The notes under the pieces were generated by a model. It was not told the origin of the DNA. It was given only the letters and a program-made list of their open reading frames with translations, and searched no databases. Position numbers and translations under genes: made by a program. From Lama glama (taxonomy: Eukaryota): DNA of 64,000 nt. Of the stretch, positions 38,520 to 52,470 are shown one piece after another (position 1 is the first letter of the stretch; every line of letters starts with the position of its first letter). The stretch is taken from positions 8,558,001 to 8,622,000 of the forward strand of contig CM052818.1 in assembly GCA_028534125.1 (NCBI GenBank). Direction: 5' to 3'.

Positions 38520-38975
38520 GATTGTTAATTACCTCTGAATACCCATTCCCCTTTTCTCTCTAGCAATAAGAACCCCAGATTTTAGCTGAGCCATTTTCAT
38601 TCAGCTGCAGACCTGCCAGCCGCTTTTGTGGTTAAACGTTGCTATGTGCTGAAGTTTGGCTAAGTCTTGTGTGTAAATTCCAGGAAGACTCCTGAGAGGG
38701 AGAGAATGTACATTTCCTTGTCCCTCTATCCTATTGCTGGAACACAGTTGGGTTGGCTGGAGTGCTAGCAGCTATCTTGGACCACGAGGATGAGGAATGG
38801 CAAAGTGGCAAACTGGAATGAGCCTGGGTCCCTCACATATTTGTAGAACCACTATACTTACTCTGTATTGCCTACCACCAGACATCTTTTATATGAAACA
38901 GAAAGAATCACATAAGCCACAGTTATTTTGTTTTTTTCTGTCACATGTAAAGGTACATTAATCCTAAGTAATATA
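38520..38975 (+). mobile_element. MaLR LTR (MLT1J/K-like)
   Basis: gcaataagaaccccagatttt...gcagctatcttggaccacgagg...gagcctgggtccct...aagccacagttatttt...aatcctaagtaata. Confidence 0.75.
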
Positions 38976-39519
38976 CTGGGTTTCTGGAGAGTAAAGAGGA
39001 AAAGTCCCTTTAAGTTTTGAGAGGAAGAGTTTACTGTTTAAAAAGAAGTTAAAGCCCTCTCTCTGGATGGAACAACTTTCTAAATTAACCTGAGAGCATG
39101 CAAGTACTCTTGATTTGATCTTCAAAAAGTTTGCCGACAATGGCAAAAATACCTAGAACTGTGCAAATCTGTTTGTCATCACTGCACCTGCCTCCTTCCC
39201 CTGGTATTTTCATATCAGCTGAGATCAGCCAGAAAATTCCAAACACTGTGTGTTTCAAATTTGATTAGTTCGTAGGGAGAGGGCAGGATCTTTCCTATGA
39301 AATAAGTTTCTAGTGGTATTCTAATTTGTAAGTTTACTCCAGTTTCCTAACTTTGACTAAATATATATGGTTACTTAGCATGTGATGGGGAAAGCATAAG
39401 AAGAGTCCCTGGTAAGGGGGGAGGTGATAAAAATTTTAACTGGTCAGTATTTGTTCACAATCTTATTCAGTAATTATTCTGAATTAGTCAATTCAAAAAC
39501 CCTAGTTTTAAAACTCATG

Positions 39520-39661
39520 CAGAACTATATTCAATGTCTTATAATAACCTATAATGGAAAAGAATTGGAATATATGTGTGTGTAACTGAATCACTTTGCT
39601 GTATACCTGAAACTAACACAATATTGTAAATCAACTATACTTTAATTAAAAAAAAAAAAAA
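39520..39661 (+). mobile_element. Young L1 3' end with poly(A)
   Basis: aactatattcaatgtcttataataacctataatggaaaagaa...aactgaatcactttgctgtatacctgaaactaacacaatattgtaaatcaactatact + A-run. Confidence 0.9.
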
Positions 39662-40759
39662 CACTTCACACACTCCATCATTCCCAGGTGGGCTTTTTAA
39701 ACTACTCCAAAAGAGGGACATAGAGACTCCACTTACTAAGTGCCCTGCTATAGGCCACTGTTTTAACCAGACTGCTTTCACAATTTCCTAGGTTACTAAA
39801 AGATATGACAGTTCATCTACTTTTGAGGAGATCTCCCTAAAACTTCCACTATTATAGACAATAACAATCTGATTAAGAGCAGATTTATCATCATTTAAGT
39901 CCAGAAATTTTTAAAACAATATTCATGCAAATTCTGCCATACAAAGAAATACTAAATTTACTAGAGAATCCTGATAAATGGCTTTGTTTTTCACTTCTTA
40001 AAATTATAAAATCTACTGCCTTTTTAGTAATAACTATATTTTCTGTGCATATTTTGTCATTCGTGCATGAAGGACTAACACTCATTTTAAATACAAGGAC
40101 AGATGCAATAAAGTGGTTTCACTGGGAGAGTCTGGGCTGGATGTTAATGCGATCATAGCCAAAAGATTTGGGATCTTGTTAATGAAAACAGACACTTATA
40201 ATTTAAAAAAAAAATCTCTTTTAACATTAGCAGAGATTTTGTTTCTATCTGTAAGACAGGCTCTGAACAAGCTTACTTTTGCTCTTACTTCCATCATACG
40301 TGCCTTTTTCTCTATTGAGGTTATACTTACTGATATTTATCTCCGCAGCTCACTGATAAGACATTGAGACCTCCATGTTTTAACCAGTATGACTGACGTG
40401 AGTTTTATTTTGCATTTAAGGCTCCTTTTACATAAAAAGGACTACAGACCTTGAGAGTTCTTTTTAAATTTTCAAATATTTGCGCTGGCTTAGTGACTAC
40501 TAAAAAATAACAGGTTTCAAGAGATTCATACACACAATTATGGGACTCATGAGTATGGACGGATGAAGTGGGATGCACACACCCTTACAACAGGTTGTGT
40601 GGAAACGGCCTTCTAAGTACTCGTACAGTGTCCTCCATGAGTCAAAGCCAGGACAGTCCTTCTGAAACTAGCATCCAATCCCGTATCACCCCTCAACCAA
40701 AAAGGGGGATTAATGCACAATTTCCAAATTGTTAAGAAGATGAAAGAAAATCCAATTTT

Positions 40760-41187
40760 TTTTGAAGTATAGTCAGTTTACAATGTTGTGTCAATTTCTG
40801 ATATACACCATAATGTTTCAGTCATCCATATACATACATATATTCCTTTTTATATTCTTTTTCATTATAGATTACTATAAGATATTGAATATAGTTCCCT
40901 GTGCTATACAGTAGAAACTTATTATTTATCTATTTTATATATATTAGTTAGTATCTGCAAATCCCGAACTCCTGATTTATCCCCTCCCACCCCTCTTTCC
41001 CCCCCAGTAACCATAAGGTTGTTTTCCATGTAAGTCTATTTTTGTTTTGTGAATAAGTTCATTTGTGCCTTTTTTTTAAAAAAAATTCTACATATGAATG
41101 ATAGCATATGGTATTTTTCTTTTCCTTTCTGGCTTACTTCACTTAGACTGATGATCTCCAGTTCTATCCATGTTGCTGCAAATGGCT
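40760..41187 (-). mobile_element. Young 5'-truncated L1 3' end, antisense
   Basis: ttttgaagtatagtcagtttacaatgttgtgtcaatttctg...tatagttccctgtgctatacagtag...tccatgttgctgcaaatggc; flanking direct repeat atccaatttt at 40750-40759 and 41196-41205. Confidence 0.92.
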
Positions 41188-42619
41188 AAAAAATGATCCA
41201 ATTTTGATTTGTCCAGTTCAAAAGTGGTTTCTTACAGTTTCTCTATGATTAAGTCTGGGTGGGAGGAAGGGTGATGTGATGAAGAAAACAAAATAATTTT
41301 TCTGACACATAGAGAGTACTCAATAAATGCTGATTTCCTTCCTTTCTGTCCCTTCTGAGGGGAGAATATAGTAACTTTTTGATTAAATTAACAAAGTGTA
41401 AGGGAGGAGATGGTGTTGATCACTCATGCTATCTGAAATATCCAACTTATACATCCAGTAATAAATTACTTTCTTCAGTAATTGTCCATCAAGCTTAAAA
41501 AATCAGCACTTGAAAGAGATGTTTTAAAAATCTGCTGCTAGGTAAATCACTTCACTGCTTGTGTGAGGGTCAGGTTCCAATGAGAAAGAAAGCTGAGGAA
41601 TCTTTTCCAGAGTCTCCTTTCCTACCAAAGTTCTCCTCCTCTTCCAACAGTAGTCCCATCTAATATTCCATGTACTTGAATTTGCTCTGGTAAAGAGGTC
41701 CTCCGTCAGTTCATTTCATTTAGAAACTTCAGCAGGAACTACTTTGGGGCTGAGACACTCTTGCTATATTTCCGTGAATCTCCTCAACCCCAGACTTTAA
41801 AAAGAAACACTCACTCTCGTCTCCATCTTTCCATGGCTGGTCTGTGCAAATTCTCCCTGGAGGAGTATCTTTAAAGGAATGTATTTTTTCTTTGTATTGG
41901 AATGCTTACAAACAGTTTCATAGAACATAGCTGGCCTCTTGTATTTAGGCTGGCACATCAATTAAAAAAAAATCAGGGGAGTTCAATGAGAAATAAATAT
42001 TCCACGTCACAAATGTATTATTGTTGAATGTAGATAAGAATATCAGAAAATTAGGCAAATAATAAGTAGTTACGGAGAACTCCTAAATAGTTTCTACCTC
42101 TACAGAGAGGGCAAACCCATATATCACAGCCCACCCGTGCATCTGGGGACTTCCAGAACTCTGCTGATACAATCGGGATTTCCCACGTCCCTCTGGCACC
42201 AACAGAAGGCTGCACAGTGGTCAACAGAGAGATGAGCCCAAGGCAAAACAGTTCCTGAACTTTCTTATTTCCCATTTTTGAAACAAGAAAGATTCTCTCC
42301 CTGCCTCCTCCATCAACAGAAGGATTGTCTTAGGATCTGAAGAAGAAAGGCAGTATTTAAATAAAAGATTTACTTACATTTTGAAAGTGAAGAGGGAGTG
42401 ATCACACAAAGAGAGTGTTTAGAAACAGAAAAGACCTTAGAGAATATTTAATTCAACACCCCCACTTCTTAAGAATAAAGAAAAAGAGACTAAGAAATGG
42501 TTTGTGTCCGCTTCGGTCAAAACAACTAGAGGCAGGAGTTTGCAGGGAGTAGCAGAAGGAGCATGGTCTCTGTGCTTGACAGCGTGGATGTGAATCCAGC
42601 TCTTCTAGAAATTATTTGA

Positions 42620-42752
42620 ATGGTTTCCTCATATAAAAAGTAAGGATAACAGGACCTGTCTTCTAGAGTTGTTGTGAGGAGGAAATGATATAGCTTATAG
42701 TGCCTAGAACAGCTGCTGGCACCCAGTAAGTGCTTGGCAAATGTTGTCAGCG
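42620..42752 (+). mobile_element. MIR SINE
   Basis: gtttcctcatataaaaag...gttgttgtgaggaggaaatga...ctggcacccagtaagtgcttggcaaatgtt. Confidence 0.8.
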
Positions 42753-43920
42753 CAGGAATCCAAACCAGAATTTCTGACTCCACCTCTTGTACACTGCACT
42801 GCACTATTAATACAGCTGGCCAAGAGGATTCAAACGTTTGCTTAAAATACGGGATTCCAAATGAAATAAATTGTGTGTAACCTCAAACAGTATCTTTAAA
42901 ACATTCACTAGTCATTAATGTAAGCAATAATACCCAGTCCTTTTTAGGTGAAATTTAACGTTCCACTTTTCTCAGTGATTTTAGCTGTTTTCAGATACAC
43001 ACAGCACAGTACAAAGAGATGACACAGGGGACTTTTTATCTGCAATGCAGAGAGCAATACAGAGATCATTTACATCTGAACTTGCCGTTAGCTCCATATG
43101 GCATGTATTCATCATTTAGTGAGTTCAGTGCCCCATCTTTAGAGCTTCAGTGATCAGGGTAGAAATTGCCCATTTATTTATGCTTGACTGGACTGAGAAT
43201 ATAGGAAGAGGAAGAGGTGAAGGGAAACGCCACTGTCTGCAAGGGTCGGCTCTGGAGTTAGGAGTCTAGGATTAACACTGACTTGTCCAGGAATTGTAGC
43301 CTCTGTCCTAAAGAGTAGGCACAATGCAGATGTCCTGAGGTGTATTATTTATGCGCTGCAATCATGCGTGTTACTCCTGTCTGTCCCACAAAGGACTTGA
43401 CTGCAGTTAAATGTAGGGCTGTCTTCCTTTTGTTTGGCACAAAGCCTCACTTGCACTGGGCAAGTGGGCATTTGGAGCAACATGTGAACACTTGGTTTGT
43501 AGCAGCAACAGGAGAAGTTGCTCTCAAAAGTCAAATTAAAAACAAACCATATCCCTTCTGGTGCCCCTCCTTGGGAGAGTGGCAACGGAGTGAGAAGTAC
43601 TGTATTCTCCTGTCCCTACTGAGAGTAAAGAAATGAAAGGTTCCCCTCACCCATTGGAAAGTCAAAGAATCAGTCCTTTTATGCAAAAAGAATTTTGATT
43701 TTCCTCCAATTTTTTTTTGTTTCAAACGATATGCAAATCTTTCAAGATAGAAGAATATGGTCTTTTATCCTTTAGTCATCATAATGGTCTCAGTGATAGG
43801 AAAGAGGGTATTGTGAAGCCTACACCCTACCCCCATCATAGTATTAAGCATATAGTTAGCTCTAAAATTCAAACACTGGAGCAAAATATAACTTCTGGAA
43901 TATTAAGAAGGATTACGGGC

Positions 43921-44404
43921 TGTGATGGGTTGGACTGTGTCTCCACCCTTCCACCTTCATATGTTAAAGTCCTAACCCCCCAGTACCTCAGAATGTGACT
44001 TTATTCAGAATTAGGGTCATTGCAGAGGTTGTGCAGATGAAGTCACTAGAATCGGCCCTAATCCAGTGCAACTGGTGTCCTTAAAAAAGGGAGAAACTTG
44101 GACACAGTGACCCCCACAGGGAGAATACCATGTAAAGATGAAGACACAGATCAGGGTGATGCATTGACAAGCCAAGGAACACCAAAGATTGCCAGCAAAT
44201 CGTCAGAAGCTGGGGGAGAGGCATGGAACAGAGTCCTCCCCAAATCACTGTCTCAAACTCAGCAAACTCAAACTCAAGACACTGTCAACCCTACCATCTC
44301 AGACTTCTAGCCTCCAGAACTGAGATGATAAATTTCCATTCTTCAAGCCACTTACACTCTGTGTAAGTGACACTTTGTTATGGCAGCCTTAGCAAACTAA
44401 TATA
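43921..44404 (+). mobile_element. MaLR solo LTR (MLT1C-like)
   Basis: tgtgatgggttggactgtgtc...gtacctcagaatgtgac...caagccaaggaacaccaaagattgccagc...gacttctagcctccagaactg...tttgttatggcagccttagcaaactaa. Confidence 0.92.
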
Positions 44405-45494
44405 TAGAATTTCTTTCTTTATTCCTCCCTCCCTCTCCCCATTTCATCCTTCCCTCCTTCCTTCCTTTTCTGGTTGGACCTCAGGGAAAAAGAGGCTGGA
44501 AGATGGGAACATGATTCTTCCTTTAAGACACTGATGGGCTTTAATGCTTCCTACAGCATTAAGAAATATAAATAGTTAAAAGGCATATCCATACCTGATT
44601 GTGGCTGAAGTTTGGTAATAGTGGGGGAAAGAAGCTTCTCCAAGGGACACAGGTGCCAGTGCCTTCTTCAATTAATGGTTCCTAAAATTCAATGCCTCAT
44701 TTCAGACCCTCAGAGAAGTCTTCTTTCCCTGGTTTCTCCCACTGTGGCTTTCCCATTCCTTGACCGAAGAACCCATTTTTCAACTTGCCAAAAAGTTTTC
44801 CTTTGCCCAGACCTAGCCACCCACCTCCACAATGGAGCAGAAGCAATGCTCTACTAGTACGTTTCCTTCCTTCCCCAGGAGCAATTACACTTCCCACCCC
44901 GATCCCCACTCAGAAAGGAGTCTAGCTCGTGTTTTAACTAATTGTCTCCTCTCTTTTCTACCCATTGCCACATGAAAGATGGGTCTCCAGGACTATCACT
45001 GGCTATTGCACTCATTTGAGGGCTTCTCTGTCAGTGATACAGCATGAAGGCCACTGACTCTTGCACCTGAACATCTATGCACACCCACATACCCTCACAG
45101 AGTTGTTCTTTTTTCCCTGAGATGACATTATTAGGTAATAAATTCCAATGTGTGTTCACTTGTGCCTGATTAGGCCACTCTGAGAACATGGGATCTTCTT
45201 GTGCCAAGTGTGCCCGATACGTGTTCTTGGACTAAAGACCATCTAGACTCCAGAACTAGTTTGTGTTCTTAATGCTGCTGCATCTTCCACGGTGGACCTG
45301 AGTTTGCCTGCAGTAGATTTCTAGCCACCTGGGATGTTACCACATTGCTTGAAGCTGTTCTAGACAAGTGGACATATCTCATTGTTGCCTGCCTGGCATT
45401 TACTCCTTCTCCTCCCTTGTTTTCCCACTTTCTGTCTTTGTGGTTTAGGTGCTGACTTTATTTACCCATCTCTTGGTCTCTAACATTAGTGAAA

Positions 45495-45829
45495 GAAAGC
45501 ACACATGACCCAAGCCAGCCAATGAAACTCAGTGCAGGGCCTTATGCTGAAACAGCTGTGAAAGAGGTGCTGGCCTCTATTTGACTTGGAGAATGCAAGC
45601 CTGGAGTTTCTAGGGACCCCTAGGTGAAGGGCTTCTCCAGAGAATAAAGCCAAGATGAGAGAGAGATGAAGCAGGGGAGGGTGGGGTGGGAATGTTGTCC
45701 TGACAACATCTGCATCTCTGGGGCCAGCCAAGCCAAACTTTTCAGTTGTGTAAGCCAATAAATTCCCTTTGCTTAGGCCATTTTGTGATGGGTTTTCTGG
45801 CATTTGCGACTGACAGTATCCTAATACAT
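45495..45829 (+). mobile_element. MaLR LTR 3' part (MLT1K/L-like)
   Basis: catgacccaagccagccaatga...ttttcagttgtgtaagccaataaattcccttt...gggttttctggcatttgcgactga...cctaataca. Confidence 0.75.
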
Positions 45830-47414
45830 ATTGGGTTTTTTTGGACCTTTCTTCCGTCTTCTACTTCTTGCTTACTCTACTCTGCATGGTTATTTTTGTT
45901 CTTGCACATTAAGCTGATATGTTAAGCCCCTCCTAACTGTTGGGGGTGAGTTTCACTTCAATGTTAATAGGGTGTTCAGTGAAATCTGCTGTTGCTAATA
46001 TTATTCTTTCATTTGTAGAATTTATAGTTAGTTGATGGTGAAAGTGTTTCCCTAAATCCAGAATGTTTTGTCCTAGAGTCAGGCAGTATAGCTGTCTAGA
46101 AGGTCAGAAAACATCATAACTCACTATAGGCCGATGACCTAGTTAAGCGCTTGTGCTGGTACCATCTGTCTGTCAAATTTCTACATGTCAAGATGATCTT
46201 GATTTATTTCTAGACTTTGTCAATCAGTTTCTCATATGCTATCTGCAAAAAACAGAATCCAACAATATCCTCATTCCAGACTGAGTACAGGATTTTCTTG
46301 GTGCAAGCTTGTACATCACTTTGGTTTTGTAGCTGCTATAAAAACAACTGTTCACAGATGGTTACAGTGAACAATGCCCCCAAAACCCAATAAGGTAGAA
46401 AATAAGGTTATTAATCCAGACACACTGGAAAAGCTCCTTAGCAATTTCCATGCAAGGGAGAAGAGGAGAATGATAACAATCACCGCCGAGACAGTATCTC
46501 CCCCTCCACCCCCGCTGACAATGAAGGACAGACAGACTTGGTACTCAGCACTTTTTATGACACATCCTACCAAAAAATCAAAATATCTTAAAATTGGAGA
46601 GGCTATATTGTCATGGAGTTTGATTTCACTCAGAATGTAGGCATGCCCTCCACATCCTTGCTCAACAGCCACCCAGGCTCCTTCTAAACATCAAAATATC
46701 TCCAGGATTGGGTTCTCTGCCCGTTGAAAGAGAACTCTTATTTATGGAAAGCACTCCCTTGTGCTGAGCCACAGTCTCTGTCCCTGTAACTCTGGAACAT
46801 TAGAATTTTATTTAAGGGAACTTAAGAGATCATTTACTCCAGCAACTTCATTTTATGCCCAGTGATCATCTTCTGGAACAGAGCATCTAACCATCTCCTC
46901 TGTAATGGTCCTTTCAATATTTTATGAAGCATTTGTATGCTTTCCATCACATTTTTCCCTCTGGGATAAATATTTCCAGGTGCTCCACCCCTTCCTTATC
47001 CCAGTCAAAGTTCTCTGAAATGTTCCCCTAATTTCCTGCTCTCCAATTCCCCCTTAGGATATGATACAGTCTCCCTAACATCCCGCTACTGTTCATTCAG
47101 AGACTAGATATTTCCTTCCAAGTGCAAAACTAATGGGGAAAAAAAACAACCTTTTTTCCCCCAGTATTTTTTGTCTTTCTATTTTATGGATTTATGTAAA
47201 ACTATTATTTTATATAGTTCTCCATAATAGTTCTACCTTTTTAAGCACAATACTGTTGGTTATAAGTGGCCTGTCAACATTTCCAGCAAAGCCAGATATT
47301 CTACAAATACATTTGTCAGACTTCAAAACTATCAATAGCTTAGAATTGTGCTGTTAGAAGGCACCCTTAGCAGTTACTTAGGCCACTGCCTCATTTCAGT
47401 CATGCAATCTTACA

Positions 47415-47640
47415 TGTTTTCAGGTTTTTGAATACTTCATAAAGTATTTTCATATGTATTATTATATTTGGTATTCACCGTCATCCTGGGAAGAAAGCTG
47501 GCAATGTGTCATTCTCCCCACTTTGCAGATGAGGTGCAGCGACTTCCTGAGGTTAGGATAACTGGTTAGCTAGCAGTAGAGGTAGGACTCAAGTTCCATG
47601 ACTCTTGACTTTCAGGCTAATGCTTTGTTTTCTCTATAGT
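47415..47640 (-). mobile_element. MIR SINE
   Basis: ttttcatatgtattattatatttg...ccccactttgcagatgagg...ggactcaagttccatgactcttgact. Confidence 0.75.
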
Positions 47641-50600
47641 CATTGTCCTTTGGCACTTCCCCCCTAGGCAGCACTACTGCATAAATAGCTCTCTGGAAGG
47701 ATGCAAGTTTAACACGTTTCACCTGTCAGCTGCCAACCAGTGGTCCACACCTGGAAGAACCCCGATCTTTTGACTACTAGAGTCCAGTGATCCGTCATTA
47801 AACTCCAGTGCTTCATTCCCCTTCCTCCTGTTTTTTGCACAACCAGTTCTGAAATCAGCAAACACAACTGCAGTGTTGGAAGCAATAATCATTAAGTGCC
47901 CACCTCCCCTTCGTGTCCATCCCCACCCTCCAAATATGCTGATGGGAATCAGAGGTTCCATTTGCCAAATATTGCAAGAAGGGACAAGATTAATTTTGTC
48001 ATAAGCTAATAATGAGTAATGATGAAGAAGGAAAAAGAAACTCTTAATCTGTAGGACTCTCCATGTGAAACCTGAGGCTCACCCCCCTGCTCTTTCTCCT
48101 TTGCCTCAGGTGTAATTCTCTTATCTTTAGATTCAATAACTTGAGGAAGGAGGGAGTGTGGAGCAGGGTGAGGGCTGTGGGTGAAGCCAGAGAACATTAA
48201 AAATGAGGAGGCAGGAACTCTGTATTCTTATGACAGTACATTGTGCTGGGCAGTGTTTACAGGAGTAAATCTCCAGCTAGGAACAGAACTTTCCTTTCCC
48301 ATCTGATGCTCTCTCCTTAACCCAATGAAAGGGTTCATAAAGAAGAAGACACAAGGCTTGGAAGATGTTTTCCTTTAAGATTTTTCTTCTTTGGTTGATA
48401 AATACCAAAGACAAAGAAGAACAAATCCCTCCACATTTGGGGAGAAAATTTCCCTTAAGTTATTTTACCCGAATTTGGGTGGGGGCAGTGGAAGAGGGTA
48501 ATTTTGGGATGGGGAATGTGATTAAAATTCTCAGTGTGCTCTGGACAAATGCTCAGATGAAGCATGCCTTGTCCTCTTGCTTCTTGGGTATGCCAAAAGT
48601 AAAATATAGGCCAGGACTCAGCATACCTGTGGTTTGAGCCCCAGACCTCTAGACATCTGGCACAACACACTTTGGTGGTAATGGTTTGGGATTTAACAAT
48701 GAAATCAAATTGTTATATAATTTAATGATCCAAATCCCTGTGTATTCTGGTGGCTAATATCATTTTATTTTTTTAAAAATATTTATGTCAATATGACTTT
48801 TAGACTTTGTACTAAGATTCTCTGTCTTAAGTCTTTCATTACTGTTGAAAAATTTGAAAAAAATTTTTTTAATATTTCCAATAGTGAAGAGGCATGAGAT
48901 TTTCTAAGACCCTTGCTTCAGTGCTAGCTACCTAGCAGTGCCTTAGGACAGGAGACCAGAATGTCAAGAGAACTGATTGGGGTTGGGTTGTGGAGGAATA
49001 CATAAAACAGATGGAAAACAAAAATAATCCAAAGGAAAAATATGAATGCTAGAGTAACTAAACTGATTATTAAAGGAATGGCAACTGCCTAAAATTTATC
49101 AGGTACAGGTACCAGTGATGTAAAAATTGCAGGGGATAAGGAAAAGCCTCTTGACCTAATTTCAGATTAATGTCACCTTGAATTTCTCAGGGAGGTTATG
49201 GTATTGTCAAGCTTTTCATACTTACACAGGTTGTAAAAACAGCAGAAACAGCCAAGAGGCTTCTGGCTTTCTGAATTGATTGATAGGTGGGATATTGATG
49301 TTAACAATTTGCTATTATTTGGGAATCGATTAAACTGGTTTGAATTGTTGTGAGAGGTCCAATCAAAAAAGGGACACTCTTTGCTTTATATTATGCTGAT
49401 AAAATGCTTTGGGGTCAGAAGATGGGGCTTGGGGTCCAGGCTGTACCTTACCAGCTGAGCTGCCTGGGGTGAGTCTCTAAAGCTTGGTATTCTCTGTATT
49501 AAAATGAGGCTAATAATAATGGCTATTTTGGAACTCGAATAAGCTAACATATATCAATGCAGCTTATGAACTCTGAAGTGCTAGTTACCATTCTTATTTT
49601 TTTCTAATGCTGGTCCTAGGTTACAAATCAAAAGGCGAAACAAAATAACAAACCCCACTCTGTCTTGGGGGGAAAAAAAGATGGGTGTGAATATTGCTTT
49701 TACTGTATTTCCCCCTTCTTCCTTCATCTGGATCTTTGAAAAGCTGTATTCATCTGCTATTATGGCTTTACCCTCTAAGGCTTCTATATTTGATGTCTTA
49801 GACCTTACCCTCAGGTTAAGAACTGAGAAAAACATAACTTAAGAGAGCAAGTTATAGAACTTGACCATAGCCCTTGGGAATTTAAATTCCACTGACTACA
49901 GGCAGGGGGACCATGTTTTCCTTTTGTTTTTCAGTTTTTTTTTTTAAAAAAAATTAAAGCTATATGGTTCCTGTCTATTCTTCTAGTAATATAATGGCTT
50001 GGGCTTTTGTGGGTTGATAAACCACCAAAAAATAGAAATGCTGTAGCATGTACAATTTGACAACCCCAACCAGGAATTTCCCAGCCACACTGCCCTATAG
50101 GATCATGGCTGGTGTGCCAGAGATATGCGCCAACCCTCAGCTTTATTCACACCAAACAGCCACTCAGTCACCCAGGGTAAATTAAATAAAGTTAACCACT
50201 GACACTTCTATTGCCATTTTTGAATATGCATTCTGAAAGGAATATGGCAACTCAGCAAAATGACTTTGTGAAATAGCACAATGTCAACTCATCTCTCTCA
50301 ATAGTTAACAGGCAAGAAACCAAGATGGGTAACTTTTAGGAGCCAAACTAAATATTATTTTACATCTATATTTTCAATGATATCTTACTATTCACCAAAG
50401 TTTACTAGAAGATAATGATCACTTTATGAAATGAGACACATACATTGATTAATGATGGTGTAAAGCTCATGATAAAAGTATTCATGAAATTATATTCCAG
50501 GATAGATTTAGAACTGCTTTTTGAAGAGGGTAACTCTATTTTGGCTTGATTTATTTAAGTAGCTTGGGATTCTTAATAATAAGCAGATGATTTTTTCTTG

Positions 50601-50947
50601 CCTGGATCCAACCCAAAAATTCCCAGGATAAGATGACATCTCTCCTTGAGTTCTTCCTTCTAGATGGCCTTTATGCAGTATTGGAAGATTTTTCTTGGTG
50701 GCATTTTGGCAAACAGAAGACCTTATTTTGTACCTAGGCTCTTTTCTCCCCATGTTCTGACTATGGCAAAATGTAAGCACATTATTAGACTCCTCTCTAA
50801 GTTTCAAGAGTACTTCAATATCCCTAAGATATCCATCTTCTTTTGTTGTCCTCAGCAAACTCTAGTTAAGTGCTAAAATTTTGTTAATGCATACCAAATA
50901 CTCCTAACTCTTAACAACTTAGCAGTTACTAATAAGTAAACTTTAGA

Positions 50948-50981
50948 CACACATGCACACACACACACACACATACACACA
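50948..50981. repeat. Imperfect (CA)n microsatellite
   Basis: Read directly. Confidence 0.9.
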
Positions 50982-52269
50982 GATGTACACAGACAGAAAA
51001 TCTAGGGCACCAGGGGCCACTTGCTAGGAAGTTCCAAAGAAAAGACATATTTTGGGATCAGTTTGTGGGACATCGGGAGGATGCTCGGGACTTACGCATT
51101 GGCTACAGTCCATACCTTGAAATTCATCCCTGCTTAGGTGGTTGGCTTGGCTTTTTGACTCAGTTTCTCAAGATGCTGGATCACTTTTTCTGTTTCACCC
51201 TTTGCCGCTACAGGGACATCCTGACCTTGTGCTCTCGCCAGCTCCTCAGTGCTCCCTGGCCTGGACCTCCAAACCCCTGGTCTGTCACTGGAGACCCTCT
51301 CTGGGAAGGAAAATCAGATGTTACCCAGTAACTGGGCAGGCCCCCAGTTACCCCCTTGCAGTATCTGTGACGGCACAATGGGAGGCCTTGAGTCAAACAT
51401 GGTGAAGAAAAGTCAGAAGGCTCGGTCACAGGCCACCTCTGCCTTTGCAACTATTTGACAGCAGGTAAGTTACCTACTTTCCAGCATAGATTTCTCCTCT
51501 GTGAAATGGAAATAATAACACCAGCCTCATAGATTTCTTGTGAAGATCAAATGAGATGAGTGATAAAGCACAGTAAAGTATACATTTTTAAAAGCAATAC
51601 GTGTTATTCTTGCAGAGAGGTAATATTCATGCAAACATCTGGACTGTTCCATGTACAAGAATAACTGACACTAGGATGCTATGCTGTATAAGAATGACAG
51701 ACAATACAAACTGTGTGCCAAGCATGAAGGTCAGAGGCAAGGACCTCACAGGCCAAAGAGACTATTGAACAAGAGTGTGAGTTTCTGATTGCACAATCCG
51801 GAAATGCTGTAAGGAGAAGTACATGTCTCAGTGGTCCTGAATTCCCCCCTCCCTATCCCTTTCTACCCCTTGCTCAAGGCTCAGAGAGCAGGACTTAATT
51901 CAGAGTAATTCCAAATATTAGAAATGAAGGGTTTCTTTCCCCCTGCATCCCTATCCCTGGGAGGACAGTGGCTGAAGAATGCCAAGAATTCTTCCCTCCA
52001 CCCAGTCAGGAATGCGTCCTGCTTGGGGCGCTTAGCAGGAATGTGAAGACTGCCAGATAAGACCCAGGGCCGGCGAGGGAGCGCTCCTCCATACCCGGGC
52101 CTTCCTCAGGACCCCCTCCACCCCTGGGCTGCTCTCTGGGTGACAGCAGACACTGGTGCTGCAGGGCTAACCTCTGCAGACAGTGAGTGAAGAGGTAGCT
52201 CAGCCAGACGTTTAAAACAAAGATACAGCAGCGTTTTCGGTCTTTGGAAGAAGCATTGTCTTCAGGATC

Positions 52270-52470
52270 AACACAGACTCGGACGTGACTGCAGATTTTG
52301 CCACTTAAACCAGTTAACTGCGTGACCTGGGTTAGATACTCTGTGAGCCTGGCTTTCCCCATCTATAAAGTGCAAGTAATAACACTACCTACCTCTTATG
52401 GCTGTAAGGAGGATTGAATAAAATAATAGATATAAAACATTTAGCATAGCACTGCTCTGTAAATGGGGCT
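52270..52470 (+). mobile_element. MIR SINE
   Basis: gtgacctgggttagatac...ctttccccatctataaagtg...ctacctacctcttatggctg...aaaacatttagcatag. Confidence 0.85.

Noticed and set aside
46374..46640. 88-aa ATG-initiated ORF MPPKPNKVENK...
   Set aside because: No recognisable homology, promoter or splice context; length is within chance expectation.
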